Part shown: positions 18,824-29,747 of the stretch, one piece after another | Numbering within the stretch: position 1 is the first letter of the stretch | Layout of the letters: every line of letters starts with the position of its first letter | Source of the DNA: Candidatus Poribacteria bacterium | GTDB taxonomy: Bacteria; Poribacteria; WGA-4E; PCPOR2b | Reading direction: 5' to 3' | Length of the DNA: 64,000 nt | NCBI GenBank assembly: GCA_965198175.1 | Contig: OZ240245.1 | Location: 384,001-448,000 of the forward strand | Translations under genes and position numbers: made by a program | The notes under the pieces: model-generated | The model's input: the letters and a program-made list of their open reading frames with translations, nothing else | Databases searched by the model: none | Told to the model about the DNA's origin: nothing

Positions 18824-21268
18824 TTGGTGATATCCATGAGTAAGAATAGGACTAGGACATTTCTTCGGGGTATATTGAGCGTTTTACTGCTTGCGATTAT
18901 CGCCGTTTTGACGCTGATTTTCATCGGAATCGGGTTCGCTGGCGGGCTCATGCTCGCCTCATGGGATGCTATCAAAGATGTAGATCTAGCCGAGTTGGAA
19001 TATCACAAGGCGGATACGTGGAAGCAGCATCTCAAATTCTATTCTTCCGTGTGTACCGTCCAGCGCGAAGATTCAATCGATTTTCTTTTGGATAAGCTGA
19101 AGCGTTTGGCGTACGAGGAGACGTCGCCAGAGTTCACAAAGCCGATTGCTGTCGGAGAATATTCGATAGCCCTTGATTCAGCCGGAGAAACTGGGACTAT
19201 GTGGGTCTATCTTCAGGGCTTTCACTACCCGCGTGCGGATCGAACCCCTTATCGGGTGGAAATGTCGGTTCTCAATGGAAAGATCGCTTCTATTCGTAAT
19301 GAAGATGGCGAAGAAATACCACGCTTTGATCTCGAGCCGGAGTTAATTAGCGAAAAATACGACAAGGGCGACGAAGCGCGGGAAATTATTTCTCTCGGAG
19401 AAATGCCTGACAAGCTGCTGAGAGCGTTTCTTGCAATTGAGGATAAGCGATTTTATCACCATTGGGGCTTGGATCTTAAACGCATTGTCGGCGCGTTAGT
19501 TCATTATGTCCGGACAGGAGATCTACACGGAGCGAGTACAATCACACAACAACTCACCCGGAACATCTATCTGAGTCCACAACGGAGAATTTTACGGAAA
19601 ATCAAAGAAGCCTTGCTCGCGATTCGAGTGGAAAGAAACTTTTCCAAAGACGAAATCCTTGAAAGGTACCTCAATTTCATCAATTTGGGGAGATACGGTT
19701 CTTCGCATGAAGTACTTGGTGTTCAGAACGCGGCGAAAAGCTACTTCGGCAATTCAGTTTGGGAGTTGGAGCTTCATGAATGCGCCACACTTGCAGGCAT
19801 CCCAAAATCCCCAACCTATTACTCACCGATACGTCATCCGGATCGCGCAAAAGCTCGACGGAATCTCGTTCTCATGCAGATGCTTCGAGCCGGTTTCATC
19901 ACGCGGGAAGAATATGAGGAGGCTGAGAGTCAACCTCTCGTCATCGAAGTACCTGAGACCGTGCAACTCAGAGAAGCCCCCCACTTTTTGCAGTATGTCC
20001 ATACACAACTGACCCAGATGCCTGACCTTAAGGATCTATTATACAGTCAAGGTTTAAAGGTCTACACAACAATTGATATGTCCATGCAGAAGGCAGCGGA
20101 GAAAGTGGTTGCTGAAGAGTTACGGAAGCGCGACAAAGAATATTTCAAAAGTTTGCCGGATTACGATCTCAACAAGAACAACCCCGGCGGAATTGATCCG
20201 ATCAAAAGCTATTTACAAGCGGCGTTAATCAGCGTTGAACCCAATACGGGTTATATCAAAGCGATGGTTGGTGGAAGGGATTACTATATTGCACGGCAGA
20301 AAATCAACTATTTTAACCGCGCGGTTCAATCTCAGCGTCAACCTGGTTCAGCATTCAAGCCAATTGTCTTTGCAGCAATGCTTGATATACCGCCGTTAGC
20401 GACGCCCGCAACAATTATCCGTGATGAAGCGTGGTCTACTGAGAGTGAAGTGGGGGTAAGGTGGGCGCCCAGAAACATCGATGGCAAATTCCGTGGAGAG
20501 GTTACGCTACGAAGGATGTTGGAGAAATCGATTAACGTCGCAACAGCCAAAATGATGTGGGAAACTCCCAAGGACGAACACAAGAAACCGGAGGGGCTTA
20601 AGCGCACACTCGCGCTTGCTGAGCGTCTGGGCATCCAAACCCGCTTTCACCCCTATCCCGCAATTGCGTTAGGATCGGAGGGTGTGTCTCTACTCGAACT
20701 TAGTGGCGCCTATGGCGTCTTCGCCAATGGTGGTGAGCGCGCAAAACCGATTAGTATTCAGTATGTCGAAGATCAGCACGGAGAGATTCTCATTGAAAAC
20801 CAAGTTGAGCGTGAGAAGGTACTCAACGAAAATGTCGCCTATCTTGTCACACACCTCATGGAAGGCGTAATCAGAAATGGCACGGGGAGAAGAGCCAACT
20901 CCGTGTACGGATTAAAACGCCCCGCAGCAGGGAAAACCGGCACGACGAACAACAACAGAGATGGATGGTTCATTGGCTATATTCCCAGCCTCGTTACTGG
21001 TGTTTGGGTCGGATTTGATAGCCAGCAGAAAAGTGCAACGAAGACAGGGACTTTTCTAGCTTTGCCAATCTGGGCGCGATTTATTAATGAAGGTGCACGA
21101 GGACCTGTCAAGGAGGAATTTCGTGTTCCTTCGGGTATCCTCTTCAGACAAATTGACAAAGAGACGGGATTATTGGAGTCGGAGGGGAAATGTCCGAAAG
21201 ATAAAATTATCCGTGAAGCCTTTCTTGTAGGTTCTGAGCCCAGGATGTTCTGTAATGTACATGAGTAG
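18824..21268 (+). CDS. Class A penicillin-binding protein (PBP1B-like transglycosylase/transpeptidase)
   Basis: TM anchor; GT51 motifs EDKRFYHHWG, GASTITQQL, RKIKE; transpeptidase SAFK, SIN, KTGT. Confidence 0.93.
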   Translation: MVISMSKNRTRTFLRGILSVLLLAIIAVLTLIFIGIGFAGGLMLASWDAIKDVDLAELEYHKADTWKQHLKFYSSVCTVQREDSIDFLLDKLKRLAYEETSPEFTKPIAVGEYSIALDSAGETGTMWVYLQGFHYPRADRTPYRVEMSVLNGKIASIRNEDGEEIPRFDLEPELISEKYDKGDEAREIISLGEMPDKLLRAFLAIEDKRFYHHWGLDLKRIVGALVHYVRTGDLHGASTITQQLTRNIYLSPQRRILRKIKEALLAIRVERNFSKDEILERYLNFINLGRYGSSHEVLGVQNAAKSYFGNSVWELELHECATLAGIPKSPTYYSPIRHPDRAKARRNLVLMQMLRAGFITREEYEEAESQPLVIEVPETVQLREAPHFLQYVHTQLTQMPDLKDLLYSQGLKVYTTIDMSMQKAAEKVVAEELRKRDKEYFKSLPDYDLNKNNPGGIDPIKSYLQAALISVEPNTGYIKAMVGGRDYYIARQKINYFNRAVQSQRQPGSAFKPIVFAAMLDIPPLATPATIIRDEAWSTESEVGVRWAPRNIDGKFRGEVTLRRMLEKSINVATAKMMWETPKDEHKKPEGLKRTLALAERLGIQTRFHPYPAIALGSEGVSLLELSGAYGVFANGGERAKPISIQYVEDQHGEILIENQVEREKVLNENVAYLVTHLMEGVIRNGTGRRANSVYGLKRPAAGKTGTTNNNRDGWFIGYIPSLVTGVWVGFDSQQKSATKTGTFLALPIWARFINEGARGPVKEEFRVPSGILFRQIDKETGLLESEGKCPKDKIIREAFLVGSEPRMFCNVHE

Positions 21269-21335
21269 ATATTTAAGTTAAGGTTTAGCGGTTATCGCTA
21301 GATACCTAATCTTGCACTTTGGGGATTAATAAAGG

Positions 21336-23321
21336 ATGGAAAAGTTTGAGTTAGTCTCAGATTACACGCCACAAGGCGACCAACCCCAGGCAATTGCCAA
21401 ACTGACGGAGGGCTTATTGAGAGGGGATGGGTTTCAGACGCTGTTAGGCGTTACGGGATCCGGGAAGACTTTTACAATGGCTCACGTTATTGCTAACTTG
21501 CAGCGTCCAACACTCGTCATATCGCCTAACAAAACCCTCGCTGGACAATTGTACACCGAATTCCGCGAGTTCTTTCCCAACAACGCCGTTCACTACTTTG
21601 TTAGTTACTATGACTACTACCAACCTGAGGCGTACATTCCGAGCACAGACACTTATATCGAGAAAGATATTCAGATAAATGAGGAGATAGATCGGCTCCG
21701 CCTTGCTTCTACGGCATCGCTGCTTTCACGCCCTGACGTCATCATTGTTGCTAGCGTTTCTTGTATCTACGGTATTGGTTCGCCGAAGGAGTACGATATA
21801 CAACGGGTTGAACTGAAAACCGGTGACATCATTAAACGAAATAAGCTGCTGCGATCGCTTGTGGATATTCGGTATGGACGGAACGATGTTGATTTCTCAC
21901 GGGGTTGCTTCCGCGTGCGCGGGGATGTGATTGAGGTTTTTCCCGCCTATGCAAATACCGCTTATCGAATCGAACTCTTCGGCGATGAAGTAGATCGCAT
22001 CACAGAGATTGACACACTCACCGGAGAAGTTATGGAAGATCATGCAGAAGTTGTAATTTATCCAGCAAAGCATTTCATGACGGATTCCGAGCGATTTGAG
22101 CAGGCATTGTTGGACATTGAAGCCGAACTTCAGGATCGGATTGATTACTTCATTGCGAACAACAAGCTGCTAGAGGCGCAGCGGATTGAGGGGCGAACGA
22201 GATTTGACCTTGAGATGATGCGGGAGGTTGGCTACTGTTCGGGAATAGAAAACTATTCACGACATATCTCTGGTTTGCAGCCCGGCGAACCGCCTTACTG
22301 TTTAATTAACTATTTCCCCGATGATTATTTAGTGTTCGTTGACGAATCTCATGTGACTTTGCCACAACTGCGAGGGATGTATCGCGGCGATCGATCTCGA
22401 AAACAGTCGTTGGTGGATTACGGTTTCCGTCTCCCATCTGCCCTAGATAACCGTCCGCTCCGATTCGATGAGTTTCAATCATATGTCAATCATGCTGTGC
22501 TTGTCTCAGCAACCCCCGGGGCGTATGAATTGGATAACAGCACCCAAGTCGTGGAACAAATTATCCGCCCAACAGGATTGATCGATCCAAACATTACTGT
22601 CCATCCGGTCGAAAGGCAGATCGACCACCTAATGGGTGTCATTCACGAGCGAGTTGCTCAGAATCAGCGTGTGCTGGTCACTACGCTCACCAAACGGATG
22701 GCAGAAGGACTGACCGACTACCTAACCGAAGGGGGCATTAAAGCCGAATACCTCCATTCTGATGTCGATACCTTGGATCGTTCCCGTATCTTGAAGGAAC
22801 TTCGCCAAGGTGTTTTCGATGTGCTTGTCGGAATTAACCTGCTCCGTGAAGGCTTGGATCTCCCCGAAGTCTCACTGGTAGCGGTTCTCGATGCGGATCG
22901 CGCAGGTTTCCTCCGATCCGAAACTTCGCTTATCCAAATCGCGGGCCGTGCCGCCCGCAATGTTGATGGCGAGGTCGTCCTGTATGCAGATGAAGCGACA
23001 CCTGCAATCCGCGGTGCCGTTGATGAGAGCGAACGTCGGCGGAAAATTCAGATGGTGTATAATGAACAGCACGATATTACGCCAGCGACAATCAACAAAG
23101 CCATTCACAACCTGCTTGATGAGCTTGCTGCAGATGAGGCAAAACCGTCGAAAGCAACCATGCCTATCATTCCAGTGGAAGCCCATCCGGAAGAAATCCA
23201 ACCGTTGATTGCCAAGTTGACGAAGGAGATGCAGACGGCGGCGGCAAATCTGGAGTTTGAACGAGCAGCAGCTTTGCGAGATCAGATTTCAGAGATTAAA
23301 CGCGAGTTTGCAGAGCATTAA
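21336..23321 (+). CDS. uvrB: Excinuclease ABC subunit B
   Basis: [44 protein letters not shown]-terminal UVR domain [11 protein letters not shown]. Confidence 0.98.
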   Translation: MEKFELVSDYTPQGDQPQAIAKLTEGLLRGDGFQTLLGVTGSGKTFTMAHVIANLQRPTLVISPNKTLAGQLYTEFREFFPNNAVHYFVSYYDYYQPEAYIPSTDTYIEKDIQINEEIDRLRLASTASLLSRPDVIIVASVSCIYGIGSPKEYDIQRVELKTGDIIKRNKLLRSLVDIRYGRNDVDFSRGCFRVRGDVIEVFPAYANTAYRIELFGDEVDRITEIDTLTGEVMEDHAEVVIYPAKHFMTDSERFEQALLDIEAELQDRIDYFIANNKLLEAQRIEGRTRFDLEMMREVGYCSGIENYSRHISGLQPGEPPYCLINYFPDDYLVFVDESHVTLPQLRGMYRGDRSRKQSLVDYGFRLPSALDNRPLRFDEFQSYVNHAVLVSATPGAYELDNSTQVVEQIIRPTGLIDPNITVHPVERQIDHLMGVIHERVAQNQRVLVTTLTKRMAEGLTDYLTEGGIKAEYLHSDVDTLDRSRILKELRQGVFDVLVGINLLREGLDLPEVSLVAVLDADRAGFLRSETSLIQIAGRAARNVDGEVVLYADEATPAIRGAVDESERRRKIQMVYNEQHDITPATINKAIHNLLDELAADEAKPSKATMPIIPVEAHPEEIQPLIAKLTKEMQTAAANLEFERAAALRDQISEIKREFAEH

Positions 23322-23409
23322 AGCAAGGTGAAGTATCGAACGGACTGCTATACTGTTCAAGAACCCGCAACCCCTTCTTAAATGAGGATGGCTCAAGTCA
23401 ATTTATTTC

Positions 23410-23438
23410 TTGCATTTCTGAATAAGGTGTGCTAAAAT
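23410..23438 (+). promoter_or_regulatory. sigma70-like promoter for the rubredoxin-like gene
   Basis: TTGCAT-17 nt-TAAAAT with extended -10 TG. Confidence 0.55.
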
Positions 23439-23490
23439 CAGCTTGAATCGGAAAATACTATCGTTCCCATACAGAAAGCGAGGACAATGG

Positions 23491-23763
23491 ATGTTTGTTT
23501 GTACTGCTTGTGGGTATTTATGGAAAGCGGCAGAAAGTCCACCCGAGGAGTGTCCGGCGTGCGCTGCGCCCAAAGAGAAATACATCCCTTATGATGACCG
23601 GGCAGAACGGTGGGTGAAGCGAACCGTCGCTCAGCATGTAATGTATCCTGATGAGGAGGGTGCCGACCTCCGGGATGAGAATTCAGCCTTGTCTTCTCAT
23701 ATCCGGTTTGCGCTTGTTGGATTTGGTGAGGATCTCAAGAAGCCTGGAGACCTTAAAGGGTGA
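23491..23763 (+). CDS. Small rubredoxin-like protein
   Basis: FVCTACGY...PPEECPACAAPKEKY. ATG 23491 follows GAGGA. Confidence 0.75.
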   Translation: MFVCTACGYLWKAAESPPEECPACAAPKEKYIPYDDRAERWVKRTVAQHVMYPDEEGADLRDENSALSSHIRFALVGFGEDLKKPGDLKG

Positions 23764-23788
23764 CTTTTTAACATAAGCATTTCCCTCT

Positions 23789-23820
23789 GCTCAGAAACAA
23801 TAGTTTCTGGGCTTTTTTTT
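23789..23820 (+). terminator. Rho-independent terminator
   Basis: GCTCAGAAAC-AATA-GTTTCTGGGC 10-bp stem followed by T8. Confidence 0.8.
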
Positions 23821-23855
23821 GGAAGTCAGCAAGTTGTCAGCATCAAAGAGGAATT

Positions 23856-25409
23856 GTGATGCAACTATTCGGAGTTGCCGTGCCTAAGATTATAAAGGGA
23901 ATCAACTTTCTCAGTTGGGTTTTACTTATTCTATGTCCCGCAGCGTTAAATGCTGCCGGGTTTGAAGATATCGAACAAAAAATCCGGGAGCATGTTCTGT
24001 CTAACGGCATGAAGTTCATCATCCTGGAACGGCATGAAGCTCCTGTTTTTTCAGGACATATTCATGTCGATGTCGGCAGCAGTGACGAGGTCATTGGGAA
24101 TACAGGGATTGCCCACGTCTTTGAGCACATGGCATTCAAAGGGACAACAACTCTTGGAACAGAAGATTACGCAAAAGAAAAAGCCATTATGGACAAAATG
24201 GATGGGGTGTTCGATGAACTCAGAACCGAATGGGCAAAAGGCAATCGTGCGAATCCGGAGAACTTAAAGGAATTAGAAACGGAATTTAAGGCTCTAGAGA
24301 AGGAAGTGGCACAATATTCTAACGGCGAAGAATATGCAAAGATCCTAGAGCAAGAGGGCTCTGTGGGAGTGAATGCAGGTACATCTGCTGATCATACAGT
24401 GTATTTTTATAGCCTCCCCTCAAATAAGCTCGAGTTGTGGATGGCGCTCGAATCTGAGAGATTTTTTGAACCTGTGCTCAGAGACTTCTTCAAAGAGAAA
24501 GAGGTCATCAAGGAAGAGCGACGTCTAAGAACTGAAAGTAGCCCGGTTGGGAGGTTAATTGAGGAGCTCAAAGGACTTGCCTATCTAGCGCATCCCTATG
24601 GACAACCGATTATCGGTCATATGTCAGATATTCACACAACGACGCGAGCCGAAGCCCTTCAATTTTTTGAAGAACACTATACACCCAGTAATATGGTTGC
24701 GGCGATTGTTGGTGACGTCAATGCCGATGTGGTGATTCAAATGGCGGACAAATACTTTGGCAGGCTACCCTCTCGGCCGGATTTGCCGCTCGTTGAGACA
24801 GTTGAGCCGAAGCAGTTAGGTGAGCGGCGTGTGAGAATTGTGGAGCAAACACAACCCGTCATCGTTCTTACTTACCATAAGCCCGAAATCAGACATCCGG
24901 ATAACGCCGTGTTTAATGCAATCACCGATATTTTGGCTTCAGGGCGGACATCGCGCTTGTATAAAAAATTGGTCCGAGACGAGAAGATCTCGATTTCCGC
25001 AGGCGCCTTTCCAGGGTTTCCGGGTCAAAAATATCCAAATCTATTTGTTTTCTATTCGTTTCCCGCTCAAGGGCGTACGAACGTAGAAAATGAAGAAATG
25101 ATTCTGACTGAGATTGAGACACTCAAAACGGACTTGGTTTCGGAAGTTGAATTAAAGAAGGTCAAACGGCGTGCAAAGGCAGGGTTAATTCATTCACTGC
25201 GTTCTAGTAGTGGGTTAGCCAGTATGTTATGTAGTTCTGAGTTTCTCTTGGGAGACTGGCGAGAGCTCTTCAAGTCCCTTGACCGAATTGACAAGGTAAC
25301 AGCTGAAGATATCAAGCGGGTTGCGAATGAATATTTTGTAAGTTCCAATCGATCCGTTGGGGAGATTGTGACAGAGGCAACCAAGAAAGAAGTGGAGGCA
25401 GATGAATGA
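23856..25409 (+). CDS. M16 (pitrilysin-like) zinc peptidase, catalytic subunit
   Basis: Signal peptide, GIAHVFEHMAFKGT (HxxEH), EKEVIKEERR, AHPYGQPIIG. Confidence 0.92.
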   Translation: MMQLFGVAVPKIIKGINFLSWVLLILCPAALNAAGFEDIEQKIREHVLSNGMKFIILERHEAPVFSGHIHVDVGSSDEVIGNTGIAHVFEHMAFKGTTTLGTEDYAKEKAIMDKMDGVFDELRTEWAKGNRANPENLKELETEFKALEKEVAQYSNGEEYAKILEQEGSVGVNAGTSADHTVYFYSLPSNKLELWMALESERFFEPVLRDFFKEKEVIKEERRLRTESSPVGRLIEELKGLAYLAHPYGQPIIGHMSDIHTTTRAEALQFFEEHYTPSNMVAAIVGDVNADVVIQMADKYFGRLPSRPDLPLVETVEPKQLGERRVRIVEQTQPVIVLTYHKPEIRHPDNAVFNAITDILASGRTSRLYKKLVRDEKISISAGAFPGFPGQKYPNLFVFYSFPAQGRTNVENEEMILTEIETLKTDLVSEVELKKVKRRAKAGLIHSLRSSSGLASMLCSSEFLLGDWRELFKSLDRIDKVTAEDIKRVANEYFVSSNRSVGEIVTEATKKEVEADE

Positions 25410-27664
25410 GAAAAATCGCATTTTATACACTTCTATACGGCTTGACATCTCTACTAGTTGCATGTGCCGGTAAACAGATGACACCTCAGCAGCATTCCGC
25501 AGTGGTTACGAGTGACGCACCCAAGCTGTCAGATGCAGAAATAGCACAATCAGAGGCGCGGCGCGATGAATCTTTGGACACTTCTTTAGAAACGGAAGTA
25601 CCTAGAAAAAAGCCACACGAAGGGCTCGTCTACCCACCATTGAGCCAGCCGCAGCCACCGGTTCCCCAAAGGGTCGAATTGGACAATGGGATAATTGTCT
25701 ATCTGTTAGAAGAGCACGAGTTTCCGATTATTGAAATTTCCGTGTGGATTCGCACCGGTTCAATTTACGAACCAGCGGACAAAGTCGGGTTGGCGGAGAT
25801 TACCGGGGCAGTCATGCGAACGGGTGGAACCACAAGTAAAACCGGAGATGAACTCGATGAAATTTTGGAGAGTTTAGCGGCATCTGTTGAAACGAGTATC
25901 GGTGGCGATTCAGGCTCCGCGTCAATGTCGGTTTTGAAAGAAGATCTCGATACGGGGTTATCCATTCTCGCCGATGTTCTCATTAATCCTGCATTCCGAG
26001 AGGATAAAATCGAGTTAGAAAAGGTGCAGCATCGTAGCACCATTGCACGACGAAATGACAATCCAACAGGTATCACGGCGCGAGAATTCCGGAAACTCAT
26101 CTATGGTGCAGGCAGTCCTTATGCACGTACAACCGAATATGATACGATTAACAATATTACTCGTGATGACCTCGTGGCTTTCTATCAGAAGTATTTCCAC
26201 CCGAACAACGTCAAAATAGGTGTTCTTGGCGACTTCGATTCCGAAGCTATGCTGGCAAAGATTCGGGAGGTCTTCAAGGAATGGGAACCTGTAGAGATTG
26301 ATTTTCCTGAAAAACCTGCAATCCCTGAAACGTATGCGAGGAAAGTTGCTCTGGTAAACAAGGATAACGTGAACCAAACGAATATCCGTATGGGGCACAT
26401 TGGCTGGTTGCGCAAGAATGAAGACTATCCCGCTCTCGTTGTGATGTCCCAAATTCTCGGGATTGGATTTTCTAGCCGTTTGATGAACACCATCCGAGTT
26501 GAAAAAGGGCTCGCATATTCTGTCGGAAACAACTATGGCGCTGGCTACGACCTTCCAGGAATCTTCTTAATCTCATGTGGTACCAAATCGCAAACCACCG
26601 TGATGACAATCGAAGCGATTTTGGAAGAGGTCGAGAAGTTGCAAACAGAGGGGATAAAGAATGAGGAATTGAAACAGGCGATTGATGGCTTTATGAATTC
26701 TTCTGTGTTTGACTATGATACCAGGGGAGAAATTCTGTCACGTGCGCTCCGGTATGAATACTATGAATATCCACAGGATTTCGTTGAGCAACTCATGGCG
26801 GGGATTCGGAAGGTTACAAAAGCAGATGTCAAGCGCGTTGCTAGTAAGTACCTACATCCAGACAAATTTGCGCTCATCGCTGTTGGCAAGTCCAGCGATT
26901 TTGATAAGCCGCTGAATTCCCTTGGAGATGTTACAGAAGTCGATATTGCCATTCCACCTCCTTCTCCTGAACTTGTTCCCGAGGCTGGCGAAGAAGCTGT
27001 TACAAGCGGTAAGGAGATTCTGGCGTACGTTATCGAAGCGCACGGCGGGCTTGATAAATTAAAGCGGGTGAACAACATCGTTACCAAAAGGAGAATGGTT
27101 GTGAATACACCCGGTGGAATGATGGAGCTTGATGGAGAGGCAACAATAGTGTTCCCTACCAAAGCGCGGTTTGATATGGTGATTCCGGCAATGGGGATGC
27201 AGATGAGTCGAGTCTATGACGGTCAATCGGCGTGGCTGGTGATGTCTCAGGGGGTTCAGCCCCTCCCTGCAGCTTTTGTTGAAGAGGCGAAAAAAGAAAT
27301 TTTTAGAGATAGTATTCCCCTGCTGACCTATATTTCTGATAAGGGGGTATCTGTTCAATATCTTGGTGCGGAAGATGTAAAAGGCAAAATGACAGATGTC
27401 ATACTGGTCAGCAACACGCCAGCCGATTCCCTTAAACTCTTTATCGACCAGGAAACAAAACATATCGTTAAAAAGAAGTATCAAGCACTAACGGAGCAGG
27501 GACCCGCCGAGCGAGAAGAGTTCTTGGACGACTATCGAGAAGTCTCCGGCGTGATGGTTGCCTTTCATACCGTTTTGGTCGATAATGGTGAGAAATCTGC
27601 CGAAATCACGTTCAGCGAAGTGATGCTCAACACCGAGGTGGATGAATCGCTGTTTGAGAAATAG
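25406..27664 (+). CDS. M16 family inactive subunit lipoprotein with extra C-terminal domain
   Basis: Lipobox LLVAC, no HxxEH, IRVEKGLAYSV (R/Y pair), ~230-aa beta-rich C-terminal tail. ATGA overlap with the upstream gene. Confidence 0.85.
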   Translation: MRKIAFYTLLYGLTSLLVACAGKQMTPQQHSAVVTSDAPKLSDAEIAQSEARRDESLDTSLETEVPRKKPHEGLVYPPLSQPQPPVPQRVELDNGIIVYLLEEHEFPIIEISVWIRTGSIYEPADKVGLAEITGAVMRTGGTTSKTGDELDEILESLAASVETSIGGDSGSASMSVLKEDLDTGLSILADVLINPAFREDKIELEKVQHRSTIARRNDNPTGITAREFRKLIYGAGSPYARTTEYDTINNITRDDLVAFYQKYFHPNNVKIGVLGDFDSEAMLAKIREVFKEWEPVEIDFPEKPAIPETYARKVALVNKDNVNQTNIRMGHIGWLRKNEDYPALVVMSQILGIGFSSRLMNTIRVEKGLAYSVGNNYGAGYDLPGIFLISCGTKSQTTVMTIEAILEEVEKLQTEGIKNEELKQAIDGFMNSSVFDYDTRGEILSRALRYEYYEYPQDFVEQLMAGIRKVTKADVKRVASKYLHPDKFALIAVGKSSDFDKPLNSLGDVTEVDIAIPPPSPELVPEAGEEAVTSGKEILAYVIEAHGGLDKLKRVNNIVTKRRMVVNTPGGMMELDGEATIVFPTKARFDMVIPAMGMQMSRVYDGQSAWLVMSQGVQPLPAAFVEEAKKEIFRDSIPLLTYISDKGVSVQYLGAEDVKGKMTDVILVSNTPADSLKLFIDQETKHIVKKKYQALTEQGPAEREEFLDDYREVSGVMVAFHTVLVDNGEKSAEITFSEVMLNTEVDESLFEK

Positions 27665-28006
27665 TCCCATTTTCAGCGAATATATACCTCAATTCTCGAA
27701 CTCTAGCCGGGTTCACATCGGGAATCCATTGACTTAATGGGCATTCAACCCAAAACGAACGTTTTGTGTGGACTAAGGAGGCGGTAATTGTGCAGTTTCA
27801 TGAGACGAGGTCGTCGAGCATTGCCTAGATCGACCCTGGCGACGATCTGCTGAAGTAGCAATCTTCCCCGCCGTGAGTAGGATTTTCGATTTTTTTTTGT
27901 CCGTTTGCAGGTTTGTCCAATATGTCGATGGCAGATGTAAAGAGTAAACGGGTCCATAGGATACAATTCCTCATATTATGCGTCGCGGCTCTGTGCAATC
28001 TCCAAC

Positions 28007-28783
28007 ATGATGCAAATCCTTTTTCAGATTAACAACCGATTGAAATTAATTGTTCTTGAGTTGCAAGAATTCACACTTTTCATCGGTCGTGTGATTCGCA
28101 GTCTATTCCGAAGACCACGGTATTCGGCTGATCTCTTTGACCAGATGGATATTCTGGGCGTCGGATCGCTTGTCATTGTGCTCATCGCGGGGTGTTGCGT
28201 TGGGGCTATTATTTCAATGGAAACCTTGTTCCAACTCCGGTCATACGGTGCTCAGTCTTTCCTCGGACGTGTAACTGGCGATTCAGTTGTCCGAGGCGTG
28301 GGGCCCGTCTTCACAGCGATGATTGTTTCCAGCCGTATTTGCCCAGCAACTGCTGCGGAGTTAGGCTCGATGCAAGTGAGTCAGCAGATTGATGCGCTCG
28401 TGACGATGGGTATTGACCCCATTCGCAAACTGATTACGCCGCGCATCATCGCTAGCCTTTTTATATTCCCAGCCCTTACATGCGCCCACGCCGTAGCTGC
28501 CATCCTGTCAGGTGGATTAGTTGCTCAGTTTTCGGGGGAATTAACACTATTGCGTTTTTTAAGAGAGTCTATGGTCGAAATTTCTTCTGGAGATGTGCTT
28601 TGGGGGTTGATGAAATCAGTTGTGTTCGGTCTGGTGGTGGTAACGCTTGCCTGCTACTCCGGCATTCGAGTTTCGGGTGGAGCAGTTGGCGTACGAAAAG
28701 GTGCCACGAATGCGGCGGTTAACGCGATTCTGCTCATCCTTGTATTTGACTTTCTGGTGACTAGTCTGGGTCGTTCGCTCTGA
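28007..28783 (+). CDS. mlaE: MlaE-type lipid ABC transporter permease
   Basis: GPVFTAMIV...AELGSMQVSQQIDALVTMGIDP...PRIIA...GGAVGVRKGATNAAV. Confidence 0.9.
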   Translation: MMQILFQINNRLKLIVLELQEFTLFIGRVIRSLFRRPRYSADLFDQMDILGVGSLVIVLIAGCCVGAIISMETLFQLRSYGAQSFLGRVTGDSVVRGVGPVFTAMIVSSRICPATAAELGSMQVSQQIDALVTMGIDPIRKLITPRIIASLFIFPALTCAHAVAAILSGGLVAQFSGELTLLRFLRESMVEISSGDVLWGLMKSVVFGLVVVTLACYSGIRVSGGAVGVRKGATNAAVNAILLILVFDFLVTSLGRSL

Positions 28784-28943
28784 TATTGGATAACTACGTC
28801 AGTAGGTTTAAGTTTTTGAAGTTCGTAGGATTTGTCGCTGCCAAGAGAGTAATGGTTTACTCACTTAACACAAGGAATTGCCTGACTACGAACGTAAATG
28901 TAAGAAATTTCATGGAACTTGCTGCGTGGTGGTCGTATAATTA

Positions 28944-29717
28944 ATGATTTTACTGAAAAATATCAACTTTTTCTACGGGGATACCCAAATCCTCAAAAAT
29001 ATCACATTTGATATCCCGGCTGGTGAAGTGACCACGATTCTTGGTCCAAGTGGATCCGGGAAGACTACGCTACTTCGTATTTTAACCGGATTGCTCGAAC
29101 CTGCAAGCGGTGAAATCTGGATGAGTGGGAAGAGTTTGATGACGTTGTCCAAAACAGAACAACAACAAATGCGGCATAAAATGGCGATTGTCTTTCAGAA
29201 CGGCGCGCTTTTCGATTCACTCACTGTTTGGGAAAACATCGCTTTCCCGCTTTATGAACGCTTTTCAATGCCTCTGCTAATAATTCGGCAGGAAGTTGAC
29301 AAACTCCTTGAAATATTTGGTTTGCAGAACGCTGCCGATTTGACAATTAATCAATGCAGCGGTGGGATGCAGATGCGGGTCGCTATCGCCCGCGCGTTTG
29401 CCTGTCATCCTGAGATTATTCTCTACGATGAACCGACCTCTGGACTCGATCCGATCGCGCGTGACCGCATCTGTGATTGTATTCAAAAGCAACAGTTCCA
29501 GCGCAATGTGACATCGGTACTCGTCACCCATCAGTTGTCCACGGCATTCCGCGTTTCCAAGCGTTTCATTTGCCTCTACGATGGAGAAATTCTTTTTGAC
29601 GGCACTTCTGATGAATTAACGGCATCAAGAAATCCCTATATCCAACGGTTCATCCAACCTTCGAAGCGGGTTTATCGGGCTCTCGATTTTGATCTGAACC
29701 CAATACCCAATGTTTAA
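28944..29717 (+). CDS. mlaF: MlaF-type ABC ATPase
   Basis: Walker A GPSGSGKT, FQNGALFDSLTVWENI, SGGM, YDEPTSGLDP, VTH. Confidence 0.9.
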   Translation: MILLKNINFFYGDTQILKNITFDIPAGEVTTILGPSGSGKTTLLRILTGLLEPASGEIWMSGKSLMTLSKTEQQQMRHKMAIVFQNGALFDSLTVWENIAFPLYERFSMPLLIIRQEVDKLLEIFGLQNAADLTINQCSGGMQMRVAIARAFACHPEIILYDEPTSGLDPIARDRICDCIQKQQFQRNVTSVLVTHQLSTAFRVSKRFICLYDGEILFDGTSDELTASRNPYIQRFIQPSKRVYRALDFDLNPIPNV

Positions 29718-29747
29718 TGCCGAGTGCCCATTACATAATCCACGGAG

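Noticed and set aside
18824..23321. Functional link between the PBP1B-like gene and uvrB
   Set aside because: Adjacency only; no sequence evidence of coupling
28821..28893. MITE/REP relic (GTTCGTAG...CTACGAAC) between mlaE and mlaF
   Set aside because: Only an 8-bp inverted repeat with a single copy in the window; insufficient
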